Shown here piece after piece: positions 52,806-60,636 of a stretch of 64,000 nucleotides of DNA (position 1 is its first letter; each line of letters begins with the position of its first letter). The DNA is from Candidatus Micrarchaeota archaeon (lineage in GTDB: Archaea; Micrarchaeota; Micrarchaeia; Micrarchaeales; CABMGC01): positions 15 to 64,014 of the forward strand of contig JAGWGI010000003.1 in NCBI GenBank assembly GCA_028867435.1, written 5' to 3'. The notes beneath the pieces were generated by a model that worked only from the letters and a program-made list of their open reading frames with translations, ran no database searches and had not been told where the DNA came from. The position numbers and the translations under genes were made by a program.

Positions 52806-52948
52806 TGGGGTTGCTGGGATTTGAACCCAGACTTGCAGGTGGCACCTATTTCACAATTCATCGCTCCAAATTACAATCATCGCAAATTGCTCATATATTC
52901 TGTGGAATATCTGGAGCCCGCCGCGCTGCCAGGTTACGCAACAACCCC
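52806..52948 (-). tRNA. tRNA-Trp (anticodon CCA) with a 70-nt intron at the canonical 37/38 position (intron 52841-52910)
   Basis: Exons: GGGGTTGTTGCGTAACCTGGCAGCGCGGCGGGCTCCAG | ACCTGCAAGTCTGGGTTCAAATCCCAGCAACCCCA. Acceptor GGGGTTG/CAACCCC, anticodon stem GCGGG/CCTGC (one G-U pair), T-arm CTGGG-TTCAAAT-CCCAG. BHB-like pairing occurs around both junctions. Confidence 0.85.
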
Positions 52949-52976
52949 GCATCACATTTGTGGATTTGGATAACAA

Positions 52977-52988
52977 GATATTTATTTT
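52977..52988. promoter_or_regulatory. Shared A/T-rich TATA element between divergent tRNA-Trp and the NUDIX gene
   Basis: gatatttatttt lies about 29 nt from the tRNA 5' end (52948) and about 27 nt from the NUDIX ATG (53015). Confidence 0.4.
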
Positions 52989-53014
52989 AGCTCTTGCCCT
53001 TAGTAGTTGAGGCG

Positions 53015-53542
53015 ATGGCAAAGAAGATAGTCTACAGCGACCCATGGCTCACCATAGAAAAGAAGAGGGTGAGGGTGAGGGGAAAGGCGTTTGACTACAG
53101 GGTGCATAGGGAGAACGATGTAGCGGTAGTTGTTCCGGTGCTTGAAGATGGCAGGATCCTGATCGAGCGCCAGTTTCGCCACGCCATAGGGAAGTGGCTC
53201 CTTGAACTTCCTGCAGGGGCAATAGATGATGGCGAGAAGCCCGAACAGGGCGCAAGGAGGGAGCTTGAGGAGGAGACAGGGTATAGGGCAGGGAGGATGG
53301 AGCTGATGTGCAAGCAGTATGGAAGCCCGTCCAGCGGCCCTAAGGTGTTCTACTATTACTGCGCCAGCAGACTTAAGAAAACCGGCAGAACGAAGTTCGA
53401 TGGTACAGAGACTATAAGGACACTGCCACTTAGCGCGGATAGGATAGAGAAGATGCTAAGGAGCGGCGCCATCCTTGACCACAAGCTGGTAGAGGGCTAC
53501 CTATACTACAAGGCGTTCATGATCAATGAAGTGATGCAATGA
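53015..53542 (+). CDS. NUDIX hydrolase (ADP-ribose pyrophosphatase-like)
   Basis: Nudix box GAIDDGEKPEQGARRELEEETGY. Confidence 0.85.
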   Translation: MAKKIVYSDPWLTIEKKRVRVRGKAFDYRVHRENDVAVVVPVLEDGRILIERQFRHAIGKWLLELPAGAIDDGEKPEQGARRELEEETGYRAGRMELMCKQYGSPSSGPKVFYYYCASRLKKTGRTKFDGTETIRTLPLSADRIEKMLRSGAILDHKLVEGYLYYKAFMINEVMQ

Positions 53543-54132
53543 TAAAATGCATATTATTCGACCTTGGGGGAGTGCTGATAGACTTCTCCGACGAGCAGTA
53601 TATCAAGTACCTTGCAGAGAAGAGTGGGATGGGAGAGGGCAAGGTGGAAAGATTGGTAGATCCGCTGTGGAAGAGGATGGACTCTGGGGATATTCACGTC
53701 AAGTCATTTGAAAAGGGAGCCTCAAAGCTGCTTGGGATTGGCAGCAGGGAGGCAAGCCTGCTAGAGTTCTACAAATCGCGGGTACGGTCCAACAAGCCGA
53801 TGCTGCAGCTGGCACTTAGCCTATCTAGGAGCTACACGCTTGCATTTCTCTCCAATGTCGACAGGACAAGGTACGGCATCTCGAGCGGGCTGCTTGGCAA
53901 AGTGCCGTTTAGCTACAGATTCGTCTCCTCGGTCATAGGGCTAAGGAAACCTGATCCAAAAGTCTACAGGTACGTGCTAAAAAAGATGCGCATGAAAAGC
54001 TCAGAGGTGCTGTTCATAGACAACCAGACAGAGAATGTGGCCGGGGCAAGGAGGGTCGGGATAAAGTCGATACTCTTTACTGACAAGAGCGCACTTGTAG
54101 AGGCGCTAAAGAAGAGGGGCATACTAAGATGA
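53539..54132 (+). CDS. HAD-superfamily hydrolase (subfamily IA)
   Basis: Motif I ILFDLGGVL, motif II ..FLSNV.., and motifs III/IV ..GLRKPD.. and ..LFIDNQTENVAGA. It overlaps the NUDIX stop (ATGA). Confidence 0.8.
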   Translation: MIKCILFDLGGVLIDFSDEQYIKYLAEKSGMGEGKVERLVDPLWKRMDSGDIHVKSFEKGASKLLGIGSREASLLEFYKSRVRSNKPMLQLALSLSRSYTLAFLSNVDRTRYGISSGLLGKVPFSYRFVSSVIGLRKPDPKVYRYVLKKMRMKSSEVLFIDNQTENVAGARRVGIKSILFTDKSALVEALKKRGILR

Positions 54133-54136
54133 TTTG

Positions 54137-54988
54137 ATGTCTCTTCTTAGCAGGCTAGGGGCAAAGCTGGCAGGGCAGTGGATTGCAGGGGTTGACGAGC
54201 AGGCCGCGATAGATGTCGCCAGGAAGATAAACTCTGAGAAGAAGGGGGTGATACTAAACTATCTGGGCGAGGGGTTTAGGGATGAATCCGCTGTGCAAAA
54301 GAGCGTCAAAATATACCTGAGCCTGCTAAGGGAGATGCACTCAAAGAAGATACGTGGCAGCATAGCAGTGAAGCCTTCGCAGCTTGGCATGCTGCTTGGC
54401 CCTGGCGAGTTCTACAAAAACTACATGAACATAGCAGGGCATGCAAGGGGATTTGGGATCTTTGTCTGGCTAGACATGGAAGAGTGGGGCAGCGTGCAGG
54501 GAAGCGTTGACGCATACGTCAAGGCTCTGGGCAGACTCGACAACATCGGCATCTGCCTGCAGGCAAAACTCAAAAGGAGCTACGATGACGCTCGCAGAAT
54601 CCTAAGAAGCAGGAACGGGGCGATAAGGATAGTTAAGGGTGCGTACTTTGAGCCTGGCTCAAAATCGTATCCCGACAGGGAATCGGTGCGCAAAAACTAC
54701 CTGAGAATACTTGAGATGGCTATAAAAAGGACATCTAGGATAATGGTCGCTACGCACGATGACTATTTGATATATAAAGCTGTTTCTGCTGAAAAGAAGT
54801 ATGGGAAGAGGATAATGTTCGGAATGCTAAAGGGAATACGCGGCAGGCTTGCTGGGAGGCTGGCAGATTCTGGGGAGGACATGAATGTTTATGTGCCCTT
54901 CGGTGAGGAGTGGCCTAAGTATTCTAGGAGAAGACTAATGGAAGAGGGTCACGCTCTTTTGCTGATAAGGTCCATATTCCAGCAATGA
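54137..54988 (+). CDS. Proline dehydrogenase family protein
   Basis: It has ..VKPSQLG.., ..VWLDMEE.., ..IRIVKGAY.., ..VATHD.., ..FGMLKGIR.. and ..VYVPFGEEWPKYSRRRLME. Confidence 0.75.
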   Translation: MSLLSRLGAKLAGQWIAGVDEQAAIDVARKINSEKKGVILNYLGEGFRDESAVQKSVKIYLSLLREMHSKKIRGSIAVKPSQLGMLLGPGEFYKNYMNIAGHARGFGIFVWLDMEEWGSVQGSVDAYVKALGRLDNIGICLQAKLKRSYDDARRILRSRNGAIRIVKGAYFEPGSKSYPDRESVRKNYLRILEMAIKRTSRIMVATHDDYLIYKAVSAEKKYGKRIMFGMLKGIRGRLAGRLADSGEDMNVYVPFGEEWPKYSRRRLMEEGHALLLIRSIFQQ

Positions 54989-54997
54989 TGTGAGGGA

Positions 54998-56455
54998 TTG
55001 AAGCAAGACAAAACTGCAATTGATGAGAAGGGGATAAAGGCAAGGAAGTCCGAAAACTTCTCGGAGTGGTATGTCCAAACCCTGATCAAATCAGAGTTCA
55101 TAGACTACAGCGAAGTTTCGGGCATGTACATACTGCGGCCCTCGGCATACGGAGTGTGGCAGGAGATAGCAAGGGTAGTGGATCAAAAACTTAAGAAAAG
55201 CGGGGTGGAAAACGTCTACTTCCCCATATTCATACCTGAGAAATTCCTTGCAAAGGAGGCATCGCACGTGAAGGGATTCACGCCGGAAGTGGCGTGGGTT
55301 ACCGAATCAGGAGAGACGAAGATGAAGGAGAGGCTTGCCGTGCGCCCAACCTCTGAGGCGATGATGTATCCCACCTATGCAAAATGGATAAGGTCGTGGA
55401 GGGATTTGCCATTGCGATACAACCAGTGGAACAGCGTTGTTAGGTGGGAGTTCAAGGATCCAACGCCATTCCTCAGGACACGCGAGTTCCTCTGGCACGA
55501 GGGCCACAGCGTCTTTGCCACCGAGAAGGAAGCCGAGGAGGAGCGAGATGCAATCCTGCCGATGTACCTTGAGGTGCTCAAGGATTATCTTGCCCTGCCG
55601 GGAATAGTTGGCAGGAAGAGCGACAAGGAGAAGTTCGCAGGCGCAATTGCAAGCTACAGCATAGAGCACATACTCCCAAACGGCTATGCGATACAGGGAC
55701 CTGCATTCCACCTGGACGGGCAGAACTTTGCAAAGGCATACGGGATAAAGTTCCTTGACAAGGAGGGCGGGTCGTCTTATGGATGGCAGAACACCTATGC
55801 GATAAGCACCAGGAACATCGGGATAATGATAATGGTTCACGGGGATGACAAGGGGCTTGTGATACCGCCTAGGCTCGCATACGTGCAGGTGGTTATAGTA
55901 CCAATATACAAGGATGAGACTCGCGGCAAGGTGATCGAGTTCGCAAGGGAGGTAGAGAAGGTGCTGCACGAGAACTTCAGGGTCAAGGTGGATGACAGGG
56001 AGAGCTACTCTCCTGGATTCAAGTTCAACGAGTGGGAGATGAAAGGCGTGCCGCTTAGGGTAGAGGTGGGGCCAAAGGAGGCGGATGCTAACAAGGTGGT
56101 GATAGTGCGCAGGGACAGCGGGGCAAAAAGCGACACGGACCTTGGAAACCTCTCGCAGAAGGTGAGTGCCATACTCGACGCGATACAGCAGAGTCTCTAC
56201 AAGAGGGCAGAAGAGTTCATGGTAAAGAACATACATAGCGTGAAGGACTACTCGGAGTTTAAGAAGGTGCTAGCCGATAAGGGGGGCATAATACACGCGC
56301 CTTGGTGCATGGGTCAGGCTTGCGAGGACAAGATCAAGGAGGAGACAGGGGCGAAGATAACTAATATTCCATTTAACCACTGCCCGCTCGAGCCAAAGTG
56401 CATCTACTGTGGCAGGAGGGCGAAGGCGATGGCGAACTTCGCAAAATCGTACTGA
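54998..56455 (+). CDS. proS: Prolyl-tRNA synthetase (archaeal/eukaryotic type)
   Basis: It has ..NFSEWYVQTLIKSEFIDY.., ..LAVRPTSE.., ..WNSVVRWEF.. and ..FLRTREFLWHEGHS.. (class II motifs). The C-terminal zinc-binding region ends ..CIYCGRRAKAMANFAKSY. It has a TTG start with an upstream gaggg. Confidence 0.95.
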   Translation: MKQDKTAIDEKGIKARKSENFSEWYVQTLIKSEFIDYSEVSGMYILRPSAYGVWQEIARVVDQKLKKSGVENVYFPIFIPEKFLAKEASHVKGFTPEVAWVTESGETKMKERLAVRPTSEAMMYPTYAKWIRSWRDLPLRYNQWNSVVRWEFKDPTPFLRTREFLWHEGHSVFATEKEAEEERDAILPMYLEVLKDYLALPGIVGRKSDKEKFAGAIASYSIEHILPNGYAIQGPAFHLDGQNFAKAYGIKFLDKEGGSSYGWQNTYAISTRNIGIMIMVHGDDKGLVIPPRLAYVQVVIVPIYKDETRGKVIEFAREVEKVLHENFRVKVDDRESYSPGFKFNEWEMKGVPLRVEVGPKEADANKVVIVRRDSGAKSDTDLGNLSQKVSAILDAIQQSLYKRAEEFMVKNIHSVKDYSEFKKVLADKGGIIHAPWCMGQACEDKIKEETGAKITNIPFNHCPLEPKCIYCGRRAKAMANFAKSY

Positions 56456-56667
56456 TGCATCAGAAGCGTAATATCATCACTTGTCAGAATTACCTCGTAT
56501 CATCAATCTCTTAAAAATTGCAATCCAACATTTAATAATCTGAGCGGGAAACTCCATATGCTTTGGCGGTGGGATGAAGCGGGCTGTAATAGAGAAATGA
56601 TGCCGTACTCCGATATGGCCGATTCAAACGCCGAAATACAATACATGGATGGACAAGAGAGGATATA

Positions 56668-56910
56668 ATGAAAAAAAGCCAGACTTTATTAGCTCTTGCA
56701 GGGACTGCACTGCTTATCATCGGTAGTTTTATGGTTGTATCCAACATTGGATTGTACGTCTCTTCATGTAAAACCTTTTCCTGTCCGGTCCGGTTGACTC
56801 CATTATTCGGTTTATTACCCATGTCCTATGCGAATCTGGCAGTTTTGCTCATCGGCATAATTCTGCTCATAATAGCCTTTGTTTTATCAAGAAAGGGAGG
56901 AATGCAATAG
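56668..56910 (+). CDS. Hypothetical small membrane protein (2-3 TM)
   Basis: 80-aa ORF with an MKKSQTLLALAGTALLIIGSF.. N-terminus and a C-terminal TM segment LAVLLIGIILLIIAFVL. Confidence 0.4.
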   Translation: MKKSQTLLALAGTALLIIGSFMVVSNIGLYVSSCKTFSCPVRLTPLFGLLPMSYANLAVLLIGIILLIIAFVLSRKGGMQ

Positions 56911-56977
56911 AGCTGGCAGGATATCACAAGCTCACAATCCGCACACAGAAAAGCCCACGCAGCTTACTGGCGGGGTG

Positions 56978-57859
56978 TCACAAGGTCAGCAGATATGCGA
57001 AGAGGAGCATGACAATGCTGAGCATCAGCTTCCTTTTTATCGAGTGCTCCTTGAACATGGCGCCTCCTGAGAGCACTGTTATGATCACCATAAAGGTGTT
57101 TCTAAGCGGGCTTGCGATGCTCACAGGAGCTACATGCAACGCGAAGTAGTAGGTGAGCCGATAGCCTACTGTGAGCAGCACTATTAACAATATGGGCCGC
57201 GAGTCCTTGCCTATCGTCCTGACAATTTCCCTTACCCCGTCGTACTTTGCGATGATGAAAGCGGTCAAAAAGAGGGCGGTGAAGAGCTGGCTTAATATCA
57301 TGTACGTGAACACGTTTATATTCGCGTAGACATCGGCGAGCAGGTACCTGCCGACAACCCCACCGATCGCGGAAACCACTGCGAATGCGACAAGCATGTA
57401 AAGGTACTTGTTGCTCTCAATTTCCTTGGCTGCCTTCCCATCCTTTCCCCTGCCAAAGAGGATCAGGTATGTAACTAGAAGTATGCCAGCTATGCCCACA
57501 TACTGCAGAGCGCTCAAATGCTCGCCTAGAAAGAAGTATGCGAAGAGGACAGTGAAGAAGATTGGCAGGGCACTGATAAGAGGCGAGGTGGCAGAGATGG
57601 TTCCGTGCTTGAAGATCCTTGCTGATAGCAGATAGGTTATCGCGCCGAGCAAACCGGTAACCATGACAAGTATCCATTCGTATGCTGTGACGTTTAGGTC
57701 CATGAACGGTATGAGAATTATCGAGACCAGCACTATCATCCACGAGAAGGCGGTGCTGTACTGGGTGGCGTGCTCTGCCTTGAGCATCTTCTTCTCGGCT
57801 ACAGTTGAGATGCCCATCAGCACAGAGGAGATGAGCACCAGATAGTACCATCCAATCAT
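56978..57859 (-). CDS. EamA/DMT-family transporter
   Basis: It has 10 predicted hydrophobic segments and duplicated EamA-like halves. The start is set at ATG 57859 because the track ORF N-terminus overlaps tRNA-Gln. Confidence 0.75.
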   Translation of the reverse strand: MIGWYYLVLISSVLMGISTVAEKKMLKAEHATQYSTAFSWMIVLVSIILIPFMDLNVTAYEWILVMVTGLLGAITYLLSARIFKHGTISATSPLISALPIFFTVLFAYFFLGEHLSALQYVGIAGILLVTYLILFGRGKDGKAAKEIESNKYLYMLVAFAVVSAIGGVVGRYLLADVYANINVFTYMILSQLFTALFLTAFIIAKYDGVREIVRTIGKDSRPILLIVLLTVGYRLTYYFALHVAPVSIASPLRNTFMVIITVLSGGAMFKEHSIKRKLMLSIVMLLFAYLLTL

Positions 57860-57885
57860 TATGAACCACCGCGAATTTTTCTGGT

Positions 57886-57958
57886 TAGCCCCGACCGGAT
57901 TCGAACCGATGTACACGGGTCCAAAGCCCGTGGTCCTTGGCCGCTAGACGACGGGGCT
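57886..57958 (-). tRNA. tRNA-Gln (anticodon UUG)
   Basis: The reverse complement is AGCCCCGTCGTCTAGCGGCCAAGGACCACGGGCTTTGGACCCGTGTACATCGGTTCGAATCCGGTCGGGGCTA. It has an A1-U72 pair, anticodon stem ACGGG/CCCGT with loop CTTTGGA, and a TTCGAAT T-loop. Confidence 0.9.
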
Positions 57959-57984
57959 AAGCCGAAGTATAATTACCCTAAAGG

Positions 57985-57993
57985 CTTTATATC
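57985..57993. promoter_or_regulatory. Shared TATA element between divergent tRNA-Gln and alaX
   Basis: ctttatatc lies 27 nt from the tRNA 5' end (57958) and 23-26 nt from the alaX TTG/ATG (58016/58019). Confidence 0.4.
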
Positions 57994-58018
57994 CCCTTTC
58001 CCGATTCATATTGGTTTG

Positions 58019-58732
58019 ATGGAAAAACTCTACTGGAAGGACGCGTACGCAAAGGAGTTCGATGCGCTCGTCACTAGGGTCGAGGGAAACGCGATCTACC
58101 TTGACAGGACAGCATTCTATCCGGTAGGCGGGGGGCAGCCCTGCGATACAGGCACGATTTTGGTAGGTGGGAAGGAGTATAGAATAACTGAAGTTAGCAA
58201 AGACGGGGAGGATGTAAAGCACATGAGCGATGCGGCGTTCGAAGCAAAAGCTGGGGACAAGGCGCATGGAAAAATAGACTGGGAGAAACGCCATGCATAC
58301 ATGAAACTCCATACTGCGCTGCACCTGCTTGACGCGCTGATGATAAACGAGCAAGGCACAGGCATGATAACAGGGGGACAGATATATCAGGACAGGGCGC
58401 GCATCGACATTGACGGAGATGGAATAACGCGCGAGAAGGTTCAGGGGATGGTGGACAGGGCCAACGAGGTGATACGCAAGGGAAGGGATGTGCTCTCAAA
58501 GCAGATAACAAGGGAAGATGCCCTTGCAAACCCGATACTTGCAAGGACCCAGCCCGGAAGGAAGCTCATCGAGTCGCTACTTAGCGTCAGGGTTGTTGAG
58601 ATTGCCGGGCTTGACGAGCAGATTGACGGAGGGACGCACGTTAGCAACGTGTCAGAGATAGGGCGCATTACGCTTGGCAGCTTCAAGAACAACGGAAGGC
58701 ACCACAAGAGAATAGAGATAAAGCTATCTTAA
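58019..58732 (+). CDS. alaX: Alanyl-tRNA editing protein AlaX (AlaX-M type)
   Basis: It has ..FYPVGGGQPCDTG.., the zinc motif HTALHLL, and ..CGGTHV-like DGGTHV. Confidence 0.85.
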   Translation: MEKLYWKDAYAKEFDALVTRVEGNAIYLDRTAFYPVGGGQPCDTGTILVGGKEYRITEVSKDGEDVKHMSDAAFEAKAGDKAHGKIDWEKRHAYMKLHTALHLLDALMINEQGTGMITGGQIYQDRARIDIDGDGITREKVQGMVDRANEVIRKGRDVLSKQITREDALANPILARTQPGRKLIESLLSVRVVEIAGLDEQIDGGTHVSNVSEIGRITLGSFKNNGRHHKRIEIKLS

Positions 58733-58780
58733 TGTGTGCGCGCAGAAAAGGATATATTCTTTGGTTTGTTTGAATAAAGC

Positions 58781-60118
58781 ATGAAAGGAGATGCAGAAAA
58801 TTTCAGAGATGCAGAAAATTTCAGGCTTCAAAGTGCGATAGAGTACCTGACAACCTACGGATGGGCGATACTGATAATCGTGGCTGTTATAGGGGCGATA
58901 TACGGTCTTGGTCTTCTTGGAGGCGGCGGATCTGTAGCATCGTCCTGCCTTGCAACTCCTGGTTTTCTGTGCTCAAATCCTGTCCTTAACGTCACAGGAA
59001 TGCTTGGGGTGCAGTTCGGGCAGATCAGCCCCGGATCCATAACTCTTACTGGAGTAGGCTGCAGCAACAGTACTGCGGCACCTTCATCCACACAGAGCGT
59101 GAGCCAGAAAATCTCCTCAGGAACCACGACAGGCATTGTCTTCACATGTCCCCTCAAGTCCAACTCCCTTGGCACCGCTTTCACGGGAACACTCTGGATA
59201 GTCTTTACAAACTCTGCAGGCCAGGCAGGGATAGTCCAGGAACTTGGCTCTGTGAGCGCAAAGGTTGCGACCACTGCCAATGCATTCGTCCTTGCAGGTG
59301 CAAGTGCTGGAAGCGGAGGAAGGGGACTGAGCTTTTCGGCAACCTGCGGAGGAACGCTTAGTGTGGTTTCCGGAAATGATATCTGCACATTCACGTCTAG
59401 CGGCACCTTCACTGTGACTGGAGCCAGTGGAAATGTGGCGGTGCTTGTGGTTGGCGGCGGAGGCGCTGGCGGGGCTTCGAGTGGGGCCTACTCGGGTGGC
59501 GGAGGAGCAGGAGGACTAGTAGAGAATGATAACTTTATGGTGGCAGCCCAGGCCTACCCGGTCACTGTCGGGGCAGGAGGCTCTGGAACGGCTCCAGGGT
59601 CGCTAGCAGGCGCTGACGGCACAGCCAGCTCTTTTAACTCGATCACGGCAGCCGGAGGAGGGGGAGGCGCGTGCGGCGGCCAGAGCTACTGCGGAAGAAA
59701 CGGAGGGTCTGGTGGGGGGGGAGGAACCCCGTGCACAAGTCCAGGCTCTGGAACCGCAGGAGAGGGCAATGGCGGAGGATCTAGCTCCAATGACGGAGGT
59801 GGTGGAGGCGGAGCAGGCAGCGTAGGAAGCAATGCGCCTGGAGCTGGATTCGGGGGAGCTGGAGGCGCAGGCAAGTCGAGCAGCCTATCAGGATCATCCA
59901 CATATTACGCAGGAGGCGGAGGTGGATTTGGCCCGTCAGGCGGAGGTGCGGGAGGGATTGGTGGTGGTGCCACGATACCGCCAGGAAGCGGTAGCGGGAA
60001 TCCTGGAACTGCAAACACCGGTGGCGGTGGTAGCGGGTCTGAGAGCAGCACAACAGGCGGCGGTGGCTCTGGAATAGTCATAATAGCCTACAACGCCCTT
60101 GGAAACGGGAACCCGTAA
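58781..60118 (+). CDS. Class III signal peptide (archaeal type IV pilin-like) protein fused to a large glycine-rich domain
   Basis: The N-terminus MKGDAENFRDAENFRLQ|SAIEYLTTYGWAILIIVAVIGAIYGL is of the prepilin type. The C-terminal roughly 240 aa reads ..VLVVGGGGAGG..VTVGAGGSG..GGSGGGGG..NTGGGGSG..GGGGSGIVIIAY. Confidence 0.7.
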   Translation: MKGDAENFRDAENFRLQSAIEYLTTYGWAILIIVAVIGAIYGLGLLGGGGSVASSCLATPGFLCSNPVLNVTGMLGVQFGQISPGSITLTGVGCSNSTAAPSSTQSVSQKISSGTTTGIVFTCPLKSNSLGTAFTGTLWIVFTNSAGQAGIVQELGSVSAKVATTANAFVLAGASAGSGGRGLSFSATCGGTLSVVSGNDICTFTSSGTFTVTGASGNVAVLVVGGGGAGGASSGAYSGGGGAGGLVENDNFMVAAQAYPVTVGAGGSGTAPGSLAGADGTASSFNSITAAGGGGGACGGQSYCGRNGGSGGGGGTPCTSPGSGTAGEGNGGGSSSNDGGGGGGAGSVGSNAPGAGFGGAGGAGKSSSLSGSSTYYAGGGGGFGPSGGGAGGIGGGATIPPGSGSGNPGTANTGGGGSGSESSTTGGGGSGIVIIAYNALGNGNP

Positions 60119-60195
60119 TTGGCAGGGGCCAAAGAAAACGGACTTTGCAAAGAAAAAAGGGTTGCTTATGCGCTACGATAAGAGCAGGCTGTGCG

Positions 60196-60600
60196 TCACA
60201 TCTCCTTTGTGCTTAAGTCCATGGGCTTGTGCTGGTATGCAAAGACTGCGCCCTTTATCGCGCGTGTCGAGAGCGTGGCACAGTGCAGCCTCGCAGGCCC
60301 TGGGTCTATCCCTATTATTTCCATCACCGTGCTAATTGTCATCTTCTCTACTTCCTCTAGGCTCTTGCCCTTTACGAAATCTGTGATCATACTTGCGCTA
60401 GCCATGCTTATAGCGCACCCATCCCCGTCGAATTTTATGTCCTCCACAATGTTCTGCCTGATTTTCAGGTAGATAGTCATCTTGTCCCCACAGGTCACAT
60501 TCTCCTCGTGAAGCTCAACGCTAGCCCCAGGGAGCTTGCCCTTGTTGTGCGGATGCTCATAGTATTGTATAAGGCGCTCTGCATATATGTCAAGTGACAT
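60196..60600 (-). CDS. SufU/IscU-type Fe-S cluster assembly scaffold
   Basis: It has ..YEHPHNKG.., ..CGDKMTIYLKI.., ..GDGCAISMASASM.. and ..ARLHCATL.. (three Cys ligands). Confidence 0.85.
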   Translation of the reverse strand: MSLDIYAERLIQYYEHPHNKGKLPGASVELHEENVTCGDKMTIYLKIRQNIVEDIKFDGDGCAISMASASMITDFVKGKSLEEVEKMTISTVMEIIGIDPGPARLHCATLSTRAIKGAVFAYQHKPMDLSTKEM

Positions 60601-60636
60601 TGTATCGCATGTATTATGCCCGAATAGGTATAAAAG

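Noticed and set aside
55307-56236. 309-aa ORF antisense to prolyl-tRNA synthetase. This is tempting in view of sense/antisense aaRS-origin ideas.
   Set aside because: The product is His/Leu/Pro/Val-rich with no recognisable fold motifs. Similar long antisense frames occur opposite aRF1 (18641-19225), rpoE' (61826-62503), the pilin-like gene (58855-59412) and the S-layer gene. The pattern therefore looks like a general codon-bias effect (purine-rich sense strand depleting antisense stops).
57860-57916. N-terminal extension of the EamA transporter ORF, and the similar ORFs 52805-52990, 52851-53045 and 17773-17859 that overlap tRNA genes
   Set aside because: They overlap well-folded tRNA genes (Gln, Trp, Leu). 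Internal ATG starts give normal N-termini.
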